Position numbers and translations under genes: made by a program. Shown here in pieces: positions 12,371-24,681 of a stretch of 64,000 bases of DNA (positions within the stretch are counted from its first letter, which is position 1; every line of letters starts with the position of its first letter). This DNA is from Octopus bimaculoides. Its lineage: Eukaryota. Where the stretch lies: contig NC_068998.1 of the NCBI RefSeq assembly GCF_001194135.2, positions 32,295,192 through 32,359,191 on the forward strand, given 5' to 3'. The notes below the pieces were generated by a model, which had not been told where the DNA came from, ran no database searches, and worked only from the letters and a program-made list of their open reading frames with translations.

Positions 12371-14085
12371 TACCATAAAAACCCATGTAATTTACACACT
12401 TTTTTCACAAAAACAAAATGAACTTTAGTGGATGCATAAATTACATGAGTCATATTCAAAATTTTTAAAGAAATTTTTTGTTGAAAAATGACGTACAGGA
12501 AGTTGACTCATTTAATGCCAGAATAGGTTTTTACAAAACAAATATAATGAAGTTGACTTTTATTTATGCTGGATGGCATAATGCTTGCTTTTTCTGTAGA
12601 AATTTACTAAAATCGTCAAATGATTAACTACTTTTTGAAGTTTGACGTTCATGCTGGTGATCAAGGTACAGGCCATATTTTACATTGCTTAGGATTTCTA
12701 CCTATGGCAATGGAGCCCAGCAATTTCCTTAAATAGATCAGTTTATCTCCGCTTAGGGAGTCTAGCTTGTGTTTGCACCAGGAAGCTATTTGCTCACTTT
12801 ATCCATGTTACGACAATGAAATTCCTCAACACCGATATCGCTGCTATCACCTCTTACTGCATCTAACGTAAACAGCGACAACATCATAATTCATTCTTGC
12901 ACATGTAAACTCACTAAGTGAATATGACTTAGTGTTCCTACAGAAACCTTCATTTACCTTATATGATGTTTAATGTCATTTCACATTCATGTTGAATTAT
13001 GCAGTAATCTTATGTTCTCTTCACAGAACACTTGTAATGTATGTATTACCAATTGTTTTAGTATAGAAGATTTTTGCTATTCTTGTTTATGTCTCCTCAT
13101 AGTCCTATATGTTCTAACAAATGGCTTCTTAAATTTTGCACCTCCCTTGTTCAATAAACACTAAATTCTGTTTACATAACCAGTTTGATCGGTCACCTCC
13201 TTCTGTCGGTTGAGTAAAGTGTCATCCAATTAAACTTATTTTGCAACATTTGTATACACAAATTTATCAGCTTTGTTTTTGTTGATAAGAATTATCAACA
13301 ACTTTTCCTGTGGTTGTGATTTGAGAAGACAAACAGAAGTATGCGTAATCATCATCATCGTTTAACGTCCGCTTTCAATGCTAGCATGGGTTGGACGATT
13401 TGATTGAGGACTGGTGAAACCGGATGGCAATACCAGGCTCNNNNNNNNNNTTCAATGCTAGCATGGGTTGGACGATTTGATTGAGGACTGGTGAAACCGG
13501 ATGGCAATACCAGGCTCCAATCTGATCTGGCAGAGTTTCTACAGCTGGATGCCCTTCCTAACAACAACCACTCTAAGAGTGTAATGGGTGCTTTTACGTG
13601 TCACCTGCATGAAGGCCAGTCAGGTGGTACTGGCAACGGCCACGCTCAAAATGGTGTATTTTATGTGCCACCTGCACAAGAGCCAGTCCAGGGGCACTGG
13701 CAACGATCTCGCTCGAAAATCCTACGAAGGTCAGTCAGGCGGTACTGGCAACCAAGATCGGACATAATCTCTTGTAGGCAAGAAATGTAAAATAAAGTTT
13801 ATAATAAATAACACAAACACTTCGTAATTTAATAGCTTTCAAAGTGATACCTATTAAACAGAAATTACTTTTATTTAATGAAAATTTAATAAAATTTTTA
13901 TCATAAATCAGTGAAATTATGCTAAATACAACTAAATTGAAAACCTTTTTCCCTGGCCATATTGGCAATTCTGAAAACTTTTGGGTGCGAATTTTACATG
14001 AGTAGAAGCTTTTTTAACAAATTTTATCCTGAAAATCACCTGCGTAAATTACACAGGTACACAAATTACATGGGTTTTTATGGTA
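12371..14085. mobile_element. Non-autonomous Tc1/mariner-superfamily (pogo-like) DNA transposon with 23-bp perfect TIRs
   Basis: TACCATAAAAACCCATGTAATTT at 12371-12393 and its exact reverse complement at 14063-14085. TA at both ends; no intact transposase. Confidence 0.85.
13349..13770 (-). mobile_element. RTE LINE 3'-end fragment nested in the TIR element
   Basis: 'catcatcatcgtttaacgtccgctttc...gcatgggttggacg' matches the RTE 3' end at 17948 onward; spans a 10-N gap. Confidence 0.85.
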
Positions 14086-14179
14086 ATCAGTTTTGGTATG
14101 GTTACAAAGATCATCGACATTCCTCAATCTAACCAAACCCAATACAAAACTAATTTTAATATGATTCTTTCTATAGGAC

Positions 14180-14390
14180 AACAAGTTGGCAGAACCATTA
14201 GCATGCTGGTCAAAATGCTTATCAGCATTTCTTCTGTCTTGGTATTCTGTATTCAAATTCTACTGAGGTCGACTTTGCCTTTTATTCCTTTAGGATCAAT
14301 AAAATAAGTACCACTTGAGGACTAAGGCTGATGTAATCAACTTACCCTCTCCTCTGAACTTGCTGGCCTTGTGCCAAAATTTGAAACCCG
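14180..14390 (+). mobile_element. Second SINE family copy (also 16.6, 28.7, 35.0, 36.9, 45.3, 61.3, 61.6, 63.4 kb)
   Basis: Shared 'caaattctactgaggtcgactttgcctttcatcc...aataaaataagtacca...gatgtaatcaact...tggccttgtgccaaaatttgaaa'. Confidence 0.8.
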
Positions 14391-16138
14391 TATGATTCCT
14401 TCTATATTTTTCATAACTTAGATTAGCAATCTGCTGTGTCTATGAGTTCAGTACTCTTGCGTATCTTCTTGTAGCAGTTGTTAATGGCAGCACTGTTTCA
14501 TCAGTCAATAGGAATAGGATATTTTGACATAATAAGATTTACCAAGGAAGCAGTTAAGAACACAACATTCTGAATTTAGCATTTCAACAATCACTCACTG
14601 CTTTCTCATTCTTACTTTACGCATCTTCACACTTACGCATTCATACAAGTGTCAATCTACTAGCAATATGGCTGGAAGATATGACTATTTTCACATCCCT
14701 ACCACTCAAATGCACACAAACAGTTCATACAAACCCATATTCACACACACCATATACACACATACCATATACACACATACCATATACACACATTTATGCA
14801 CTCATGTATTATGGAGTCTTCAAATAATTTTTATAAAAGAATCTTCAAGTGTCTAACTTTGCTTTTATTACATAGCATATTACTTGAGATATGTAGCAGT
14901 GCCATTAACAATCTCCGACAGAACAATTAGAAAGTTGTTACATAGATGAGGTTTGCCTGTTTAGCTAAGAAGTTTACTTCACAATCATCAAGTTTTAGGT
15001 TTGATCCTGCAGCATAGTCATTAGGCAGATTCTTTTCTATAATTTCAGGTTGATCAATGCCTTGTAAGAGGAATTTAATAGCCAGAAACTGTGCAGAAGA
15101 AAGGCAAAAGGTTTAAATTTTATCATGGCTGTAGGATTCACTAACCTCTGAAAGAAGGCAATGGTAAAATACTTTGCGTTATGTACCAAGAAAGGCTTGT
15201 GGATATTGCACAAGGTGAAACAAAGTCAAATATAGCTTTCATGATTTACTACACCATATAGAATTTTGGTTTCATTTATGATTGAAATATTTGACTGCTT
15301 TTTAATTCTTATTTTATTTTAGTTATTACTTTTTTTAATATTTTGTAGTCTGTAAATATCTCCATTTTGCTTAGTTTCAATGATGGAACAGAAATAGATT
15401 TCAAACTGAAATCTATTCAAACTGAAAGAGTATTTGTTTCAAAATGAAAAAGTAAATCAATTTCTTTTGCCAAAATATTTGCTTTCTGCTAAAATATTTT
15501 GAACATTTCTCTAGTTAGATAACCAATCATTTTGCATTTAAGAACAAATATTTCTATATATTTGATGAAGCCATTTAAGGAACATTTTCACTGTAGAATC
15601 ATGCATTATCAATACTTGAGATATATTTTATAGTTATCATTTCTTTATTCTATTTTCCCATTGATGACATGAATTGTATGGCCTCCCATTAGCAATAATG
15701 TTCTTAGTATATAAAAGTAACATACAGTAAATTTTAAAAGTAAAGAAAAAATATATTCATAAAATTGAATAAAAGTTTTAAGTGTATGATTAAAATAATT
15801 AAAAAATTTCATTGCTTAAAATATTTCAGTTAGTAAAAGTTGATAAATTTGAAATGAATTCGTCCTTCTAAAAATGTATCCTTTTCAATATAAAGTAAGG
15901 CTCATTAAAGCGATTTATTGGTTATTTGTTTGCTTTTGTGTGTATGTAATTTCTTTTCTTGTATAAAACTGCATTTCTATTTAACTAGCAATTAAAACTA
16001 GTTCTACGTTAATGTAAAACTGACATCTATGTAAAACTTGTAAATAAGACAAGTCTGAATGCTGAGGAAGGAAATGTGAGGAGTTGTAATATTTTATTCT
16101 TCTTCAAGAAACTGAGAACTATGTTGAAAATTTCTTAC

Positions 16139-16163
16139 TCATTTCAGAAGGGCCCTGAACAAA
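16139..16163 (-). CDS. Candidate micro-exon (25 nt, phase 0-1) FVQGPSEM
   Basis: Acceptor tttttaacAG, donor tga|GTAAGA. Short, so a chance match is possible. Confidence 0.35.
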
Positions 16164-17029
16164 CTGTTAAAAATTTCTTTGCAGCATGCAAACTTATTTT
16201 ATAGATTTTATGAACTTTATGAAGTGCTTTTTGATAATACAGACCATTTCTAGTTTAACTGGACTCTATTTGTTGTTGCTGTTTGACCTTGGGTCAAGTA
16301 GCAATCAAGTAGACTAGTAGTCTTGCCTTTTGTTTTTTTTCATCTATGACAGAAGATTATATTAACCATAGTGAACATTTTAGGATGATAGAGGGTAATT
16401 TGTAAAAGATTTGACTGATTTCTAATTACTTGAATAGCCATGCAAAGGTTCCTCATTGCTTATTGAGTTCTAGTTATTTTCTTTCATATGAATGGATTTT
16501 AAATTGTAGATACCTCAGAATTGAATAATGTTAAAATATGCTATTTGGGTGGCAGAGCTTCAGTAGTATTCTAGATATAAATGCTTTACATTATTTAGTG
16601 GTATTCTTTTTTGTTCTGAGTGTTCTTTCATCTACCTCAGGTGAAAAAAATAGTATCAAGTAAGCCCTGATGTCATTATCTCAATTATGTCTATCACATA
16701 CCTTCCACAAAATGTGTTGTTTTATGTCAAAATTAGTAATGTATTTCAATTATTTTTCCGTGCTTTTATTCATTGATCTGCAGTCGTGATACGGCACCAA
16801 TTGTATACTTTTTAGTCTATCATAAAAACTCAATACTTATTTCAGACTAGTGCTATTTTTATTGATCTCTTTCTTTCGATTGGTTAAGTTAACTTTTGAT
16901 GCACAGAGACACAACTCAATGCACTGTTTTCCACTGATATACACAAACGTAGTATACCTACACACATGTATATGTTGACATACATACATACATACATACA
17001 TAGTATTTGGAGTTAGTGTGACAATTGTA

Positions 17030-17392
17030 CACGAAATTATTTACGAATGCACCTGTCCAGAATTCCATCTTAGCAACCAGCTACTTGACAGAGATGTCCT
17101 TCATCCTTCCCACAATTCAGACCTTGTTCTCTGTGACTTGGTTGTTCCCCAGGCTGAAGGAGAACCTTGCAAGCAGTCATTTTGAAGACACCGAGAAGAT
17201 GAAGGAGGCTGTGACAAGGGTCCTGGATACCTTCACTTTGGAGAACATCCATGCAGCCTTCATGATATAGCTGGAACACTACAAGTGCATTAAAGAGGAT
17301 TCTACATTGAAGGAGATTATAATTTTATATTTCTTTGAAATTAATAATAAATGTCTCTCATGAAAAAGTCTCAAAACTTTTGAAATACACCT
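17030..17392 (+). mobile_element. Mariner transposase 3' fragment
   Basis: 'HPSHNSDLVLCD' (HPPYSPDLAPCD-like) then 'LFPRLKENLASSHFEDTEKMKEAVTRVLDTF'; ends in a TIR-like 'aaaacttttgaaatacacc'. Confidence 0.85.
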
Positions 17393-17423
17393 TATATATG
17401 CATGTTTATATGTGTGCATGTGG

Positions 17424-17815
17424 GTGTGTGGCTGTGTGGTAAGAATCTTACTTTCCAGCCGCATGGTCTTGGGTTCAGTCCCACTGTGTGGTACCATGGG
17501 CAAGTGTCTTCTATTATAGCCTCAAGCCCACCAAAGCCTTGTGAGTAGATTTGGTAGACAGAAACTGAAAGAAGCGTATGCATATCTATGTGTGAGTGTC
17601 TGTGTCTGTGTTTGTCCCCACTACCACTTGATAACCAGTGTTGGTGTGCGTGTGTCCCTGTAACTTAATAGTTTGGCAAAAGACACTGATAGAATAAATA
17701 TCATGCTCTAAAAAAAAAAAAATAAGTACTGGGTCGATTCATTCAACTAAAAAATTCTTCAGGGTGGTGCCCCAGTATGGCCACAACCAAATAAGTGTAA
17801 CAAGTAAAAGATAAA
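17424..17815 (+). mobile_element. Near full-length SINE
   Basis: tRNA-like head 'gtggctgtgtggtaagaa...gggttcagtcccactg', body, and tail ending 'aacaagtaaaagataaaga'. Confidence 0.88.
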
Positions 17816-17947
17816 GATATACACACACATTACTGCTCTATACTCACCTAACACTTGGTTCTGAAACATATGTATATTGAGTTCTACAACAGGTTATGGG
17901 TCATGCAATACCTAAACTAAATATTAAAATACATTTGCATACATACA

Positions 17948-19305
17948 TCATCATCATCATCGTTTAATGTCCGCTTTCCATGCTGGTATGGGTTGGACGG
18001 TTTGACTGAGGACTGGTGAGCCAGAGGCTGCACCAGGCTCAATCTGATCTGGTGTTAGGATGCCCTTCCTAACACCAGCCACTCCGAGAGTGTAGTGGAT
18101 GCTTTTTATGTGCCACTGGCACGAAGGCCAGTCAGGTAGTTCTGGCAACGACCACACTCAAAAAGTGTTTTTACATGCTACCTGCATGGGAGCCAGTCTG
18201 GCAGCATTGGCAACAACCATGCTTGAATGTTGTTTTTCACATCCCACAGGCACATTTGCTGGCAAAGCAATGATCATGCTGAAAACGATTACACTCGAAT
18301 GATGCTTTTCATGTGTCACCAGCATGGGAGCCAATCCTTGGCCTTGGCAATGATCATGCACGGATGTGCTTTTAATGTTCCACTGGCATGAGTGCCAATC
18401 AGGCAGTACTGTCATCGGCCATGTCAGCAATTTTGATTTTGATTTTACTTGCCTCAATAGGTCTTCACAAGCAAGGTTTATTGTCCAATGAATGTGGGGT
18501 ATTCATAAATTGGCTGGTTACACCCACTGGCATAGGCCATGGGCTATGGTCTCACTTGGCTTGTTGGGTCTTCTCAAGCACAGCATATCTCCGAAGGTCC
18601 TGGTCACTAGTCATTGCCTCAGTAAGGCCCAATGTTCGAAGGTTGTGCTTCACCACCTCATCCCAGGTTTTCCTTGGTCTACCTCTTCCGCAGGTTCCCT
18701 CAACTGCTAAGGTGTGACACTTTTTTGCACAACTGTCCTCATTCGTTCGCAACACATGACCATACCAGTGCAGCCGTCTCTCTTGCACACCACAAATGAT
18801 GTTTCTTAAATCCAACTTTTCTCTCAGGGCACTCACACTTTGTCGTGTATGCACACTGACATTACACATCCAGTGGAGCATAGTGGCTTCATTCCTTGCA
18901 AGCTTACACATGTCTTCAGCAGTCATGGCCTATGTTTCAGCCATGTAGCATAGCTGTTCGCACACATGTATCATACAGTCTTCCTTTTACTCTGAGCAAG
19001 AGGCCCTTTGTCACCAGCAGAAGTAGGAACTCTCTGAACTTTGCCCAGGCTATTCTTATTCTAGCAGCTACATTTTCAGAGCTTCCACCTCTGCTACTGA
19101 CTTGGTCCCCTAGGTAATGGAACCTATCAACTACTTCTAGTTTTTCTCCCTGAAATGTGACAGAAACTGTTCTCTGCACATTTTCTATGTTTATAGCACT
19201 TGAGCATCTGCCACATACAAAAACTATCTTCCTAGTTAGCCTTCCTTTGATATTGCTGCACCTCTTATGTGTCCATAGCTTACACTGGGTACATCTTATG
19301 GAGGA
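17948..19305 (-). mobile_element. 5'-truncated RTE-clade LINE (RT C-terminus, 3' UTR, (ATG)n tail)
   Basis: ORFs 18937-19179 'LEVVDRFHYLGDQV...ARIRIAWAKFRE' and 18552-18926 'ERRLHWYGHVLR...GRGRPRKTWDEVV' are typical RTE; tail catcatcat. Confidence 0.95.
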
Positions 19306-19349
19306 ATTTCAACCATGTTTCGTGGTCTGCTACCACAACAGCTCCTTTA

Positions 19350-19707
19350 TAGGATCCAGTTAGCTCAAGACATCATCAGGAGGAACCACGTCCGGTTTCG
19401 GCCCCTACTCCTCTACCGTTTTGACGTGGCGGGGCCACCCCCTTTCGGAGGTGTCTTCAGCTCTGGTGTTGGGTGCGTGTCTTCTTTCACTGTTTGTGAC
19501 TGTTCTAATTCAACTGTGGAATGTCCCTCGCTATGGTTATTTTCCAGGAGTTTCTGGCCACAGGTCTTACGGTTCATCAACCCACGTTGTTGAATTACTT
19601 TCTTCCGACATACCTTCCCTTGGTGGATTAGGATCCAGTTAGCTGAAGACATCATCAGGAGGAACCACGTCCGGTTTCAGCCCCTACTCCTCTACCGTTT
19701 TGACGTG
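19350..19707. repeat. GC-rich unit with 79-bp direct repeats (2 mismatches) 279 bp apart
   Basis: taggatccagttagct...ccgttttgacgtg at 19350-19428 and 19629-19707. Confidence 0.92.
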
Positions 19708-20167
19708 ATCCCCAATTCTAAAATATCCTACTGAAGTCATCAGCAAAGTAATCCACCACCAAATGGAAACATTACTAAATTACAAAGAATCTATTGACAG
19801 AATCAACACCAAGCTCTGCTGAGCTAAAAACCCTTATTGTAACTTACTGTTTCAAGCATTTAGCCTATGGAGGCTATGGCTCTTTTTAAAAACAAACACT
19901 GTATCTTAAGAATGGCAATAAAATCTTGAGTTTAATCCTATCAGAAAGAAATCTACACACACATGCACACACACTCACACACACACACACACACACATGC
20001 ACATGCTTAAGGATTATTGCATATTTATGTATATATATTATACATGTGTGTATGTGTATGTACATTATCTTTTACTTTAATTCATTTGTATGTCTCTAAT
20101 AAAGGAGTTGGTTTATAACAAAGAAACAAAATATTTTACAAATAACAATGAAAAAATACTATATACT

Positions 20168-20580
20168 CTTTTACTCTTTTACTTGTTTCAGTCTTTTGAC
20201 TGTGGCCATGCTGGAGCACCGCCTTTTAGTCGAGCAAATCGACCCCAGGACTTATTCTTTGGATGCCTAGTACTTATTCTATCGGTCTCTTTTGCCGAAC
20301 CGCTAAGTTACGGGGACATAAACTAACCAGCATTGGTTGTCAAGCGATGTTGGGGGGGACAAACACAGACACACAAACACACACACACATACATATACAT
20401 ATATATACATATATACGACGGGCTTCTTTCAGTTTCCGTCTACCAAATCCACTCACAAGGCTTTGGTCGGCCCGAGGCTATAGTAGAAGACACTTGCCCA
20501 AGGTGCCACGCAGTGGGACTGAACCCGGAACCATGTGGTTGGTAAGCAAGCTACTTACCACACAGCCACTCCTGCGCCTA
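20168..20580 (-). mobile_element. Full-length SINE, relatively CpG-rich (young)
   Basis: Reverse complement of the 17424 family from head (cacagccactcctgcgcc) to tail (cttttacttgtttcagtc). Confidence 0.92.
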
Positions 20581-20584
20581 TATA

Positions 20585-21310
20585 ATGAATTTTAGAAAAG
20601 TTTTGTATATTTGTACTTTTCTACTTACAGATCATATTTGCTAAGAGTATATTAGCTGGTAACCTTTTATGCCTGCAAAAACCAGATTTCTAAGACTGCA
20701 ATTTAGACATATAGTAACATAACCAAGTCCACCAATAATTATTGGAACAAATATTTATTTATAATATTTAGGGTTTGAAGCAGTTAACCACCAATATTTT
20801 CTTTCTTATTAAATTTGAAAGAAATGCTAACATATGCAGGACAGCTGAGTTTTATAACACCATAATTTTTCTTCTTTATCACCTACAACCATATCAAGCT
20901 TATTATTTTTGGATTAGGTAGATATTTTAATTGGAATGTTCCACCAATAATCCTTGCATTAAGCCATTTGTATGTACAGTACCTTAGAAATATTTCTGTA
21001 TTTATCCAACAAGCATCTTTCTTACGTATGGCATTGTGTAGATTTAGCAACACTGGCATGCCACATTAGAAGGTAATGTCTTAATGAACAGCTGCTGATT
21101 ACATTGTATATCGTCCTCAGACATGTGATGTAATCAGCATTTTCAGAAGCATCTTGGATGTTCAAACACTTCCTGTTCTTTTTTGTTCATTTGATATTTT
21201 GTTCCTATCTCCTGCTCTTGATTAGCAAAAGCATAACTGCAAAACTGTTGCATAATGCAGTGGTCTTGAGTCAAAGAACGATTACACTTCATGTTGATAT
21301 TTTCATTGGA
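20585..21310 (-). mobile_element. R4/Dong-clade LINE C-terminal relic (zinc finger and restriction-like endonuclease)
   Basis: 'YAFANQEQEIGTKYQMNK', 'YWWNIPIK', 'NKLDMVVGDKEE...LSCPA', 'FVPIIIGGLGY', 'QIYKTFLKF'. Confidence 0.85.
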
Positions 21311-21529
21311 GATTAGCATTTCATGTGTGTGTGTGTGTGTGTGCTCTGTTTTCACCTTTTAAATTTTTATCAAGGGGGAAAAAGTTGGTTTTTAATCCAG
21401 AAACAATACACTTTCATTGGAATTTAGACAAAATGTGCTTCTAAGTATGCATGCATGTTTGCACATATGTATGTGTACATGTATGCAATACATAATATGA
21501 ATGTGCCTAATACAGCTACTTATTGGCTA

Positions 21530-22050
21530 AACTTCTAGAATATTTTACATATTCTTACAGTACCTTTAATGGCTTGTAGCTGTAATTTCTTGATTAGTCA
21601 TTTTCTTTCTGCTGTTGTAAATCCCATCTTCTGAAGATTGGGATTAATGGAATTTATTACTAATCCAACTGTTACAATAATTAAAGTTAGAAATCCAAAG
21701 GTGATAGCTCTATGTGACATAACTGTAGATTTCTCATTAGTTCAACATAAATGCTTTTTATGCCAGAACTTAACATTATTTTGCATAATTTCTTTATTCT
21801 GTTCCAAATCATTATGTCTGATTATTAAGCTTGCATTTTACTGATGACAGCTTCACAGATCTGGGTTATTTGTGATGGTAAGGATTAAGCAGCTATCAGT
21901 CTAATCTTAAATTCATTATGCACACACATCTACTATCAGTTTGATACTTACTCATTAGTAACAGATTCTCTTGTGTGAAAATTTAAAGCTCTTTTGTTTC
22001 AATGGAACCTGCCTCTGTTCTGTCCAGCATCAGCTCTTGTTGCCTAGATA
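21530..22050 (-). mobile_element. Second R4/Dong-clade C-terminal relic
   Basis: 'LQKMGFTTAERK*LIKKLQLQAIKGTVRICKIF*' terminal motif; upstream 'DSRC'. Confidence 0.7.
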
Positions 22051-24573
22051 ACCATTTCCAGGTAGCCTATCTGCATGACAGGTGGATTTCTATTTGAAAA
22101 AAAAGAAAAGGAATATGAATTGATAAGATTAGAAAATTGAATGCAATAATGATAAGATAAATTTCTAGTAACATATCCAATAGTAATATCATATAACTAA
22201 AATAGAATTCAATTTCAGTTCATTGAATAATTAAAAGCAAACATTCAGTTAATAATAACAATGCAGTTTCTTCTTATCTCTTCCATTTTTTTTTTTTTAT
22301 TTCTGATTTACATAATGTTGGATTAAGAGAACATTTTGAAAATTTCCTGTCTTGTCTTTGACAACTCAATTTATCCATCACCATTCAAATAATAATTCTT
22401 AGAATAGACTCTTAAAATGGAAATATCAGCTTTCCTATTTGCTTTTACCAATTCAGTGTTATTGATGATCGAGAAATGCTCAGATTTAGATCTCATATCA
22501 AGTTGACAAGTTTCCTTTAATATCTTACAAATGATATGCAGCATCACAATCTGTATTTACTTTCTGGAATCTTATATCTAAATTCACATAGTTATAAAAG
22601 AAACAAATGGGATGAGTAACTTATTGTATGTTCAGTGTCCTTTCATACTGATCCTGCAAAATAATTACCTTTCCTTTTGGAGTGAGTGAAAAACATCTGC
22701 AATAAATATTTTTACAAAAGTTATTGTGACATCTATTTTATGGTAAGAAAATTTTCTTAATCATGTGCAGTGAAAATGTGTCGAATATCCTTTTTCTATG
22801 AGTGATAAAATTCAGTCTACTGGGTGGTAGAAACACCACTGAAGACTCTGTTTTAGAGTAATATACTTAGAAAGTGACACACTAATGAAGACTATCTCTC
22901 TCTCTCTCTCTCTCTCTCTCTAAGCTATACTTGCAGAAGTTGAACTCTGATCTAAATACCGATAAAATAACATTTGTCAATTTTAACATTACTATCACTG
23001 CTTGAAATAAAAATTAATGCTTTCCATTCCCTGTCTATTTATAGTTAAGAAAGGGATATTGTAAATTCAAGTGCCTTGGCCACAAACCCAAGGCAGAGTT
23101 GACAAGACATGATGTTTCAGTCTCCTAACTAGCTGTTAGGTACCTCTTAATGCCTTGTACACTAATATTTGCCTGAATACCTTACCTCTAATAACCAAGA
23201 GGAATATTATTGGCTGCACATGCAGATGCATCTTCAAAGATACATAATGCCTTCTTTTGTAACTTTGGAGTTTTGTTGTTTACTTTCTCTCTTCTGAACT
23301 TAGAATGAACCTGAGAATAATCTGCAAATCTCAGAACTATAAACAATTGTGGTCACTTTTGATTCTAACCATGTCTCAAATTTAGCTTTACAATAATGCA
23401 AGATGCCAGTTCAGATATTAAGAACTCTGTAATGAAATACATTTGTTTATTGCATAAGACTTCAAAGTTCCTCTGTATTCTTTCTTGTCAGCTGGTGTTA
23501 GCTTTGAGAACAATCAATTGAAATATTTAGGCTCATGCCTGTAACTATTTTCTATTGGGCCATTTGGGGCCCAGTTTTCCCAGTGACAGAGTGCAAAGAA
23601 CTGTAACAGATATCATGAAGTATCTTATTCAAACTGCTAAAATACTGCTAGTCCACCTACTTGTGCTATTTATCAATCTTGAAATGAAGAAAGATAAAGC
23701 TGATAAGGAGGCACAGATAGCCAAAACAAATATCACAAAGAATACTATTCAACACTCTAATGACTTTGTTCAAGCCACATCCAGTTAGGATCTTTCAGGG
23801 TTATCTATCATAATGTTAAAAAATAGGTATTTAATTTTACAAAGGGACTAGTTTCTTTGTCAAAATGGGGAAAGGATTGTCAGTTTACAGATTAAGTTGA
23901 ACAAACTGATGAAAAACTGAGCGCAAGAGACAGTATAGATATGATGCAATATAGTTGAATGTAATATTTAGCATAGATGAAAGTAATACACATATCACTA
24001 ATGACTACAGCTGAATGCTGTAGTCACTAGTGAGGAAGAGTCACCAAAGGTTAACAATGATATAACAAAATGGCTGTGGGAAAATATCAACTAATATTTT
24101 TACAAAATATTAAAATGTTGATCTTTAACTTGATAATCTATTCTTCATCTCATTAAAAATAAAGTCAAAATCCATAGTAAAAATAAATACCTAATTTTCT
24201 AGAGTTTGTACTAAATAACTTTGAGGATCTTTATTGAATGTATCTTTCTTCTGGACATTGTGTCTCATCTTTATTAAAACTTTTATAAGAATGTTTTGCA
24301 TTAATGTTATCAAAAAGGTTTGAAGATAACTACAGAAGTAATTGTCAAACTGTAAATGCAATATTTCTTTTCACATAATTGGTACTTCTTGAATATATTT
24401 TCATTCTCAGAATGTCAATACACAAAACATTTTTTAAAAACTACATCGTCAAAACAATGAATTTCACACATGGAATGAAAAACATGTCAGTATTGACTTA
24501 GAAGATAAAAAGAGATAACAAAATTTGTAAAGAGCCAGACAAATTTTCATGTTTGGTTAGATCTCTTACTCAC

Positions 24574-24681
24574 TCTAAGTTCAAATTTCACTAAGATTAA
24601 CTTTCTGCTGTTCATAGAATATGAACCAGTCAAGTCGATTAAATCAATTTCACTTTTATAACGTTTTGCTGTGGGCTTAAA
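24574..24681 (-). CDS. Candidate internal exon (108 nt, phase 0-0) FKPTAKRYKSEIDLIDLTGSYSMNSRKLILVKFELR
   Basis: Acceptor tgattcctAG, donor aga|GTGAGT, only one open frame, protein-like composition, non-repetitive. Confidence 0.65.

Noticed and set aside
13375-13515. Exact approx. 65-bp direct repeat across the N gap
   Set aside because: Identical sequence on both sides of a 10-N gap is most likely an unmerged contig overlap.
14038-14128. Exon-like minus-strand segment LRNVDDLCNHTKTDYHKNPCNLC
   Set aside because: It straddles the right TIR of the 12371-14085 transposon.
14745-14790. 15-bp tandem repeat (TIYTH x3); also a 26-bp period repeat at 52297-52353
   Set aside because: These are short local minisatellite duplications with no spacers, so not CRISPR-like, and the context is eukaryotic.
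16702-16816. Minus-strand segment with strong donor AAG|GTATGT
   Set aside because: The best frame has an internal TAA and there is no acceptor downstream of it.
19381-19445. HDV-like ribozyme, as known for RTE 5' ends
   Set aside because: Nested pairings exist, but the P3/L3/P1.1 and J4/2 (C-R-A) elements cannot be placed in the right order on either strand.
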